The notes under the pieces are model-generated. The model was not told where the DNA came from and did not search any database. It saw only the letters and a list, made by a program, of their open reading frames with translations. The translations under genes and the position numbers were made by a program. This document shows, piece by piece, positions 59,731 to 64,000 of a stretch of DNA of 64,000 nt; position 1 is the first letter of the stretch; each line of letters starts with the position of its first letter. This DNA comes from Anaerolineae bacterium (GTDB taxonomy: Bacteria; Chloroflexota; Anaerolineae; S140-20), in NCBI GenBank assembly GCA_027021705.1, contig JALUTT010000171.1, positions 1 through 64,000 of the forward strand, written 5' to 3'.

Positions 59731-59958
59731 ATGACGTTGCTGGACGCGCTCAGGGAGCGAGCCAAAGAAGAAGAGCTTCCTCTGAGGGTCATCCTGAAAG
59801 AGGTCCTTCAGGTCTACGCTCTGGCTGCCATCTACGGTCAACCGGCGTCGGACCAGATCGTCTTCCAGGGTGGAACCTGCCTACGGCTCGTCTACGGGGG
59901 ACCGCGCTACTCGGAAGACGTGGACTTCGTGACGAAGCTGGAGGAAGCCGTGCCGTGA
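59731..59958 (+). pseudogene. truncated AbiEii-family nucleotidyltransferase toxin
   Basis: FQGGTCLRL...RYSEDVDF motif, then stop at 75 aa. Confidence 0.78.
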
Positions 59959-60572
59959 GCCGCTACTACACCGTGGATCGCTGGATCGCCCTCCTGCAGG
60001 ACCTGGCGCGGCAAGGGCAGGACTTCCTCACCCTGCCGAGCCTCCAGCGCCTCACCGGGCTTCGGGAAGCGGCGGTGCGCAAGGCGGTGCTCCGGCTGGA
60101 GAAGAAGGGGTACCTGGTGCGGGTGGGGCGCAACCTGTACGCCAATCGCCTGGGGCATCCTTCCCTGGAGGCCCTGGCGATGATCCTGGGCGTGCCCTGC
60201 TACGTTTCCTTTGAGAGCGCCCTGGAACGGCACGGCCTGCTCTCCCAAATGCCCTTGGTCCTCACCTGCGCGTCCACCTCTCAATCGGGGTGGCGTCGGA
60301 CCCCGCTGGGCGAGATCCGGTTCCATCGCGTGCAACCGGCCCTCTTCTTCGGCTACCGGGCGGAGCAGGGCATCCTCTGGGCAGAGCCGGAGAAGGCCCT
60401 GCTGGACTGGCTCTACATCCACCGCAAGCTGTACGGCGCGACGCCATCCCTGGACGAGTTGGCCTGGGACGCCTTAGACATCGAGCGGTTGCAGGAGTGG
60501 GCAGGCCGTTACCCCCGCCCCGTCAGGATGGCCCTGGCGGGGACCCTCCCGCAGGTTCCCTCCACGGCCTGA
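59955..60572 (+). CDS. AbiEi-family type IV antitoxin
   Basis: N-terminal wHTH, YVSFESAL..HGL, AEPEKALLD; GTG overlaps the upstream TGA; GGAGG RBS. Confidence 0.82.
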   Translation: MSRYYTVDRWIALLQDLARQGQDFLTLPSLQRLTGLREAAVRKAVLRLEKKGYLVRVGRNLYANRLGHPSLEALAMILGVPCYVSFESALERHGLLSQMPLVLTCASTSQSGWRRTPLGEIRFHRVQPALFFGYRAEQGILWAEPEKALLDWLYIHRKLYGATPSLDELAWDALDIERLQEWAGRYPRPVRMALAGTLPQVPSTA

Positions 60573-60716
60573 GGCGCGTTGTAGGCAGCTTCCGATCGGC
60601 CGGGGCTGTCGTGGGCGCTGCGGGGCCTGCGGGAGTCCGACAGCCGAGGCCGCCGTGGGCACCGTGGAGCCCGCGGGAGGGTGGGTGAGAAAGCTACAAA
60701 GGGAGGCATTCGTCCG

Positions 60717-60980
60717 ATGATCCTCTTCACCCTGGTGGACCTACTCTTTACCCTCTACTTCTTTGCCCTGCTGGCCCGCGTCTTCCTGCCGGTGCTGGGC
60801 CTCAGTCCCTACGATCCCGTCTATCAGTTCATCTACCGAATCACCGAGCCGGTGCTGGCCCCCATCCGCAACGTCTTGCCCTCCACGGGGGCGGTGGACT
60901 TCAGCCCGCTGGTGGCGTCCATCCTGTTGATCGTCGTCCAGCGCATCGTCCGTATGCTGCTGGCCTCCTTGCTCTTCTGA
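60717..60980 (+). CDS. YggT family membrane protein
   Basis: TEPVLAPIR, DFSPL. Confidence 0.9.
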   Translation: MILFTLVDLLFTLYFFALLARVFLPVLGLSPYDPVYQFIYRITEPVLAPIRNVLPSTGAVDFSPLVASILLIVVQRIVRMLLASLLF

Positions 60981-60989
60981 CGGTACCCG

Positions 60990-63900
60990 ATGAGCGAGAA
61001 CGACCATTCGACCACGGTGCCGGCCTTCCAGCGGCCCGATGCCGTGCTCGCCCAGTTGGTGGAAACGCTGCTGGCGAAGAGCCGGCCCGAGTTGGCCGAA
61101 GCGATCCGTCTGGCAGCCATCCCCTTCTGGTTCGACCAGCCCCTTCTGACCGCCCTCCGGGGTCGGGAGGACGGCCTGGAGGGGAAGCTCCTGGCCCGTC
61201 TCCGCCGCCTCTCTTTCGTCCACGAGGAAGACGGGCGCTACACTTACAGCCAGGAGGTGCGCCACCTCCTGCTGGAGCAGTGGCAGCAGGACCGGGAGGG
61301 CTTCGTCGAGGCCCATCGGCGAGCCCTGGCCTACTTCGAGGAATGCCTCGCCACCGCGCCACCCCGGGAGCCCGCTGCCTACGAGCGGCTGGTCCAGGCC
61401 CGCCTCTACCACCTGCTCATCGCCGACCCCCAGGCCGGCCTGCGCTTCCTACAGGAGCGCTTCCAGCAGGCCGAGGACGAGCACCGCCTGGCCGTCGCCG
61501 AGCAACTCCTGGCCATCGCCGACGAACAGCGTCCCCTTCTGAAGCCCGAAGAGCGGGCCTATGTGGACTACTTGCATGGCCGGCTCGACCAACTCTACGA
61601 ACGCTGGCCCCGAAGCCGTGACCGCTTCCGCCGTATGCTGGCCCGGGGCGGGCTGCCCCCCGACCTGGAGGCCCGGATCCGCCGTGCCCTGGCCCACACC
61701 CTTGCCCAGGAGGAGCAGTGGGCGGAAGCCATCGCCTTCTACGAAGAGGCCCTGGCCACTTTCCGGCAGTTGGGGGACGAAGCGGAGGCCGCCCTCACTA
61801 TGATCGGCCTGGGCAACGCCTACCTGGACCTGGCCCTCCACACCTGGGGCGGGGGTGAGCCTTTCCAGCCCGACCAGCTTCCCGCCCGGCGCATCGTCGC
61901 CCTGGTGAGCCTCTTCCCCCGACTCCCCCTCGTCCTCTACCTGATCACCCAGTTGGGGCTGCGTCCGCTGCTCCCCGTCCTCCACCGGGTGGGCTGGGAG
62001 ATGGATTGGGTGATCGTCCGCCTCTTCAGCATTGCCGCCCGCTGGTTCCACCGGGCCGCAACCCATCTCCGGCGGCTGGACGACCAGGTCGGGCTGACTC
62101 GGGTCGAGGAGAACCTGGCCCGCCTCTACCTGGCCCTCGACCACCCCCGCCAGGCCGAGGCCATCTACCGGGCGCTCCTGGACAAAGAGGGGGTGCTCTT
62201 GGGGGAGTACCGGGCCGCCCGCGCCCGCCTGGGGCTGGCCACAGCCCTCCTCCGCCAGGGGGAGGTCGCCCAGGCCCGCGCCCTTCTGGAGCGTGTGCTC
62301 CCCATCTTCGTCGGCTACGGGCACCAGCAGCGCATTGCCCAGACCCAGACCCTCCTGGCCCAGGTCGCCGTGCTGGAGGATCGGCCCGACCAGGCCGTCG
62401 AAGCCTATCAGGCTGCCCTGGAGGTCTGGCAACGGGTGGGGGACCGCGTTGCCCTTACCGACACCGTTCATCAGATGGAAGCGCTCCAGGACCGGCCCGA
62501 TCTCTCCGCCCAGGCGCGGGAGGCGCTGCACCGGGCCGCCCAACAGATCACCCACCGTCGCTACCTGACCCGCTACAACCATCCCCTCCTCCAGCGCTTC
62601 CGCCAGGCTGCCCTTCTCGCCCTGGCCCTGCTCGTCTTCTTCACCCTCTTCATCGCCGTCCGCACCGAGGCCGGCACGGAGATCGGGGCCAACGCCGTCC
62701 TGGTCAAGCCTCCTCTCCCCGCGCCTGAGGAGGAGTTCAGCCCCGTCATGCGCCTCAACCTCCAACAGCAGCTCCGCCCCACCCTCAACGCCCGGATCGC
62801 CGTTCCCATCGTCGTCGCCGCCCTCCTGGGCTACCTGGTCCTCTACACCGCCGTGGGCCTCTTCTTCATCGTCCGCACACCGCTGAAGGCCATCCAGGCG
62901 GGGCAAGCGCGGGATGTGGTGGTGACGCCGGAGGGGATCGGGCGGGCGGGTGCCGAGTTGTTGCCCTGGGACGCCGTGACCATCCTGGTGCGCTCGGACC
63001 GCTGCCTGGTGCGCCACCCGCTGCCCTCCCTCTCCTTCTTCGCCCTCTTCGGCAAGACCCGGCATCTCCTCATCGAGGGCGTCACCCGCCACTACGAGGG
63101 GCTACAGCGGCTGGTCTGGGAGCGGCTGGCCGACCGGGTGACCGTCCACGATGTCGGCTTCTCCCTCCTGCGTAGCAAGAGCGGTTGGCTCTTCCTCGCC
63201 TCCCTGGTCTACCTGGCCCTCTTCGTGGTCCTGGCCCAGTTCGCCCCTGACCTCCTCATCGTCCACCTCCCGCTCCCCGAATCCCTGGGGCTGCCCTTCG
63301 TGCCCTACACCCTGGCCGACCTCTACGGCCTCAGCTACCTGGGGCTCGCCTTTCCCCTGGGCTGGTGGTTCGCCGTCCAGCCCCTGCGCACCCGCTGGTT
63401 GCTCCGGCCCGAGAGCCCCCTCGTCTGGGCCGTCGGCGGCGGTGGGTTCGGCCTGGCCCTCCTCTCCCTGCTCCAGTTGAACCGCTGGCGGTTTCCCCTG
63501 CCCCGGCCCGACGTGGCCGTCGGGCTCCTGGCCGCCTTCCTCGTCAGCCTCTCCGCCGCCCACATCGCCCAGGCCCGCCCTCGGTCGCCGGGGAGCACGG
63601 ACGCCGCCGAAGCTCCCCACCTCTACCCGGCCCCCGTCCGGCGGGCCGCGCTCCTGGCCGCTTTTCTGGCCCTCCTCCTCATCTTCCTCTCGGTGGGACA
63701 GGAGCTGGTCAGCTACCACTACCTGGTGATGGGACGGGCCTACCAGCAATGGGCGGAGCGGGTCCAGCAGGCCAAGGAGGAGGACGAGGAGGAAAGGGAG
63801 ATCACGGAGGAGGTCCGGCAGCTCTACGAGCGGGCGCTGGCCGCCTACGACCGTTCCCTAACCTGGCGGCGGACCGCCTCGACCTACAACAGCCGGGGGG

Positions 63901-64000
63901 CAATCCTGGCCCAACTGGGGCGCTACCAGGAGGCCGTCTCTTCTTACACCTTGGCTTTGGCCCTCAACCCCAAGGAGCCGATCTACTTGAGCAACGTCGG
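60990..64000 (+). CDS. large TPR-containing membrane protein, runs off the window (not in the ORF track)
   Basis: ATG 60990 is in frame with the final codons ALNPKEPIYLSNV; TPR-like repeats and multiple TM segments. Confidence 0.8.
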   Translation, partial: MSENDHSTTVPAFQRPDAVLAQLVETLLAKSRPELAEAIRLAAIPFWFDQPLLTALRGREDGLEGKLLARLRRLSFVHEEDGRYTYSQEVRHLLLEQWQQDREGFVEAHRRALAYFEECLATAPPREPAAYERLVQARLYHLLIADPQAGLRFLQERFQQAEDEHRLAVAEQLLAIADEQRPLLKPEERAYVDYLHGRLDQLYERWPRSRDRFRRMLARGGLPPDLEARIRRALAHTLAQEEQWAEAIAFYEEALATFRQLGDEAEAALTMIGLGNAYLDLALHTWGGGEPFQPDQLPARRIVALVSLFPRLPLVLYLITQLGLRPLLPVLHRVGWEMDWVIVRLFSIAARWFHRAATHLRRLDDQVGLTRVEENLARLYLALDHPRQAEAIYRALLDKEGVLLGEYRAARARLGLATALLRQGEVAQARALLERVLPIFVGYGHQQRIAQTQTLLAQVAVLEDRPDQAVEAYQAALEVWQRVGDRVALTDTVHQMEALQDRPDLSAQAREALHRAAQQITHRRYLTRYNHPLLQRFRQAALLALALLVFFTLFIAVRTEAGTEIGANAVLVKPPLPAPEEEFSPVMRLNLQQQLRPTLNARIAVPIVVAALLGYLVLYTAVGLFFIVRTPLKAIQAGQARDVVVTPEGIGRAGAELLPWDAVTILVRSDRCLVRHPLPSLSFFALFGKTRHLLIEGVTRHYEGLQRLVWERLADRVTVHDVGFSLLRSKSGWLFLASLVYLALFVVLAQFAPDLLIVHLPLPESLGLPFVPYTLADLYGLSYLGLAFPLGWWFAVQPLRTRWLLRPESPLVWAVGGGGFGLALLSLLQLNRWRFPLPRPDVAVGLLAAFLVSLSAAHIAQARPRSPGSTDAAEAPHLYPAPVRRAALLAAFLALLLIFLSVGQELVSYHYLVMGRAYQQWAERVQQAKEEDEEEREITEEVRQLYERALAAYDRSLTWRRTASTYNSRGAILAQLGRYQEAVSSYTLALALNPKEPIYLSNV

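Overview
High-GC bacterial window, most likely Chloroflexota/Anaerolineae (inferred from gene content and a C-terminal YLPxxxR motif on a secreted protease). Two + strand housekeeping blocks flank a ~30 kb all-minus-strand redox/metal/sulfur island (9583-~40000). Left block (1-9586): rfaE-like kinase, sigma-70, lon, PDZ/GAF kinase. Right block (40432-64000): dksA, lspA, rluA, tex, acs, mutS2 and others. Main observations: (1) three genes broken or missing in the ORF track are apparent selenoproteins (PCYCGC-motif protein, DsbA-like, glutaredoxin-like), each with an in-frame UGA in a U-x-x-C motif followed by a G-rich-loop SECIS-like hairpin; (2) four promoters in the island, plus a weaker fifth, share one architecture (GGCCAnnTGGCC-like boxes starting 30 and 53-54 bp from the -10), suggesting one regulon; (3) an operon encodes a ubiquitin-like MoaD/CysO domain fused with an internal Gly-Gly to a YeeE/YedE transporter, then TusA, then a triple-rhodanese-E1 fusion, behind a long attenuator-like leader; (4) a 157-bp MITE with perfect TIRs and an 8-bp target duplication; (5) tandem Rpn-family genes with an intragenic start, whose first 19 codons reappear in frame ahead of mutS2. 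All calls are by eye; no database searches were run.
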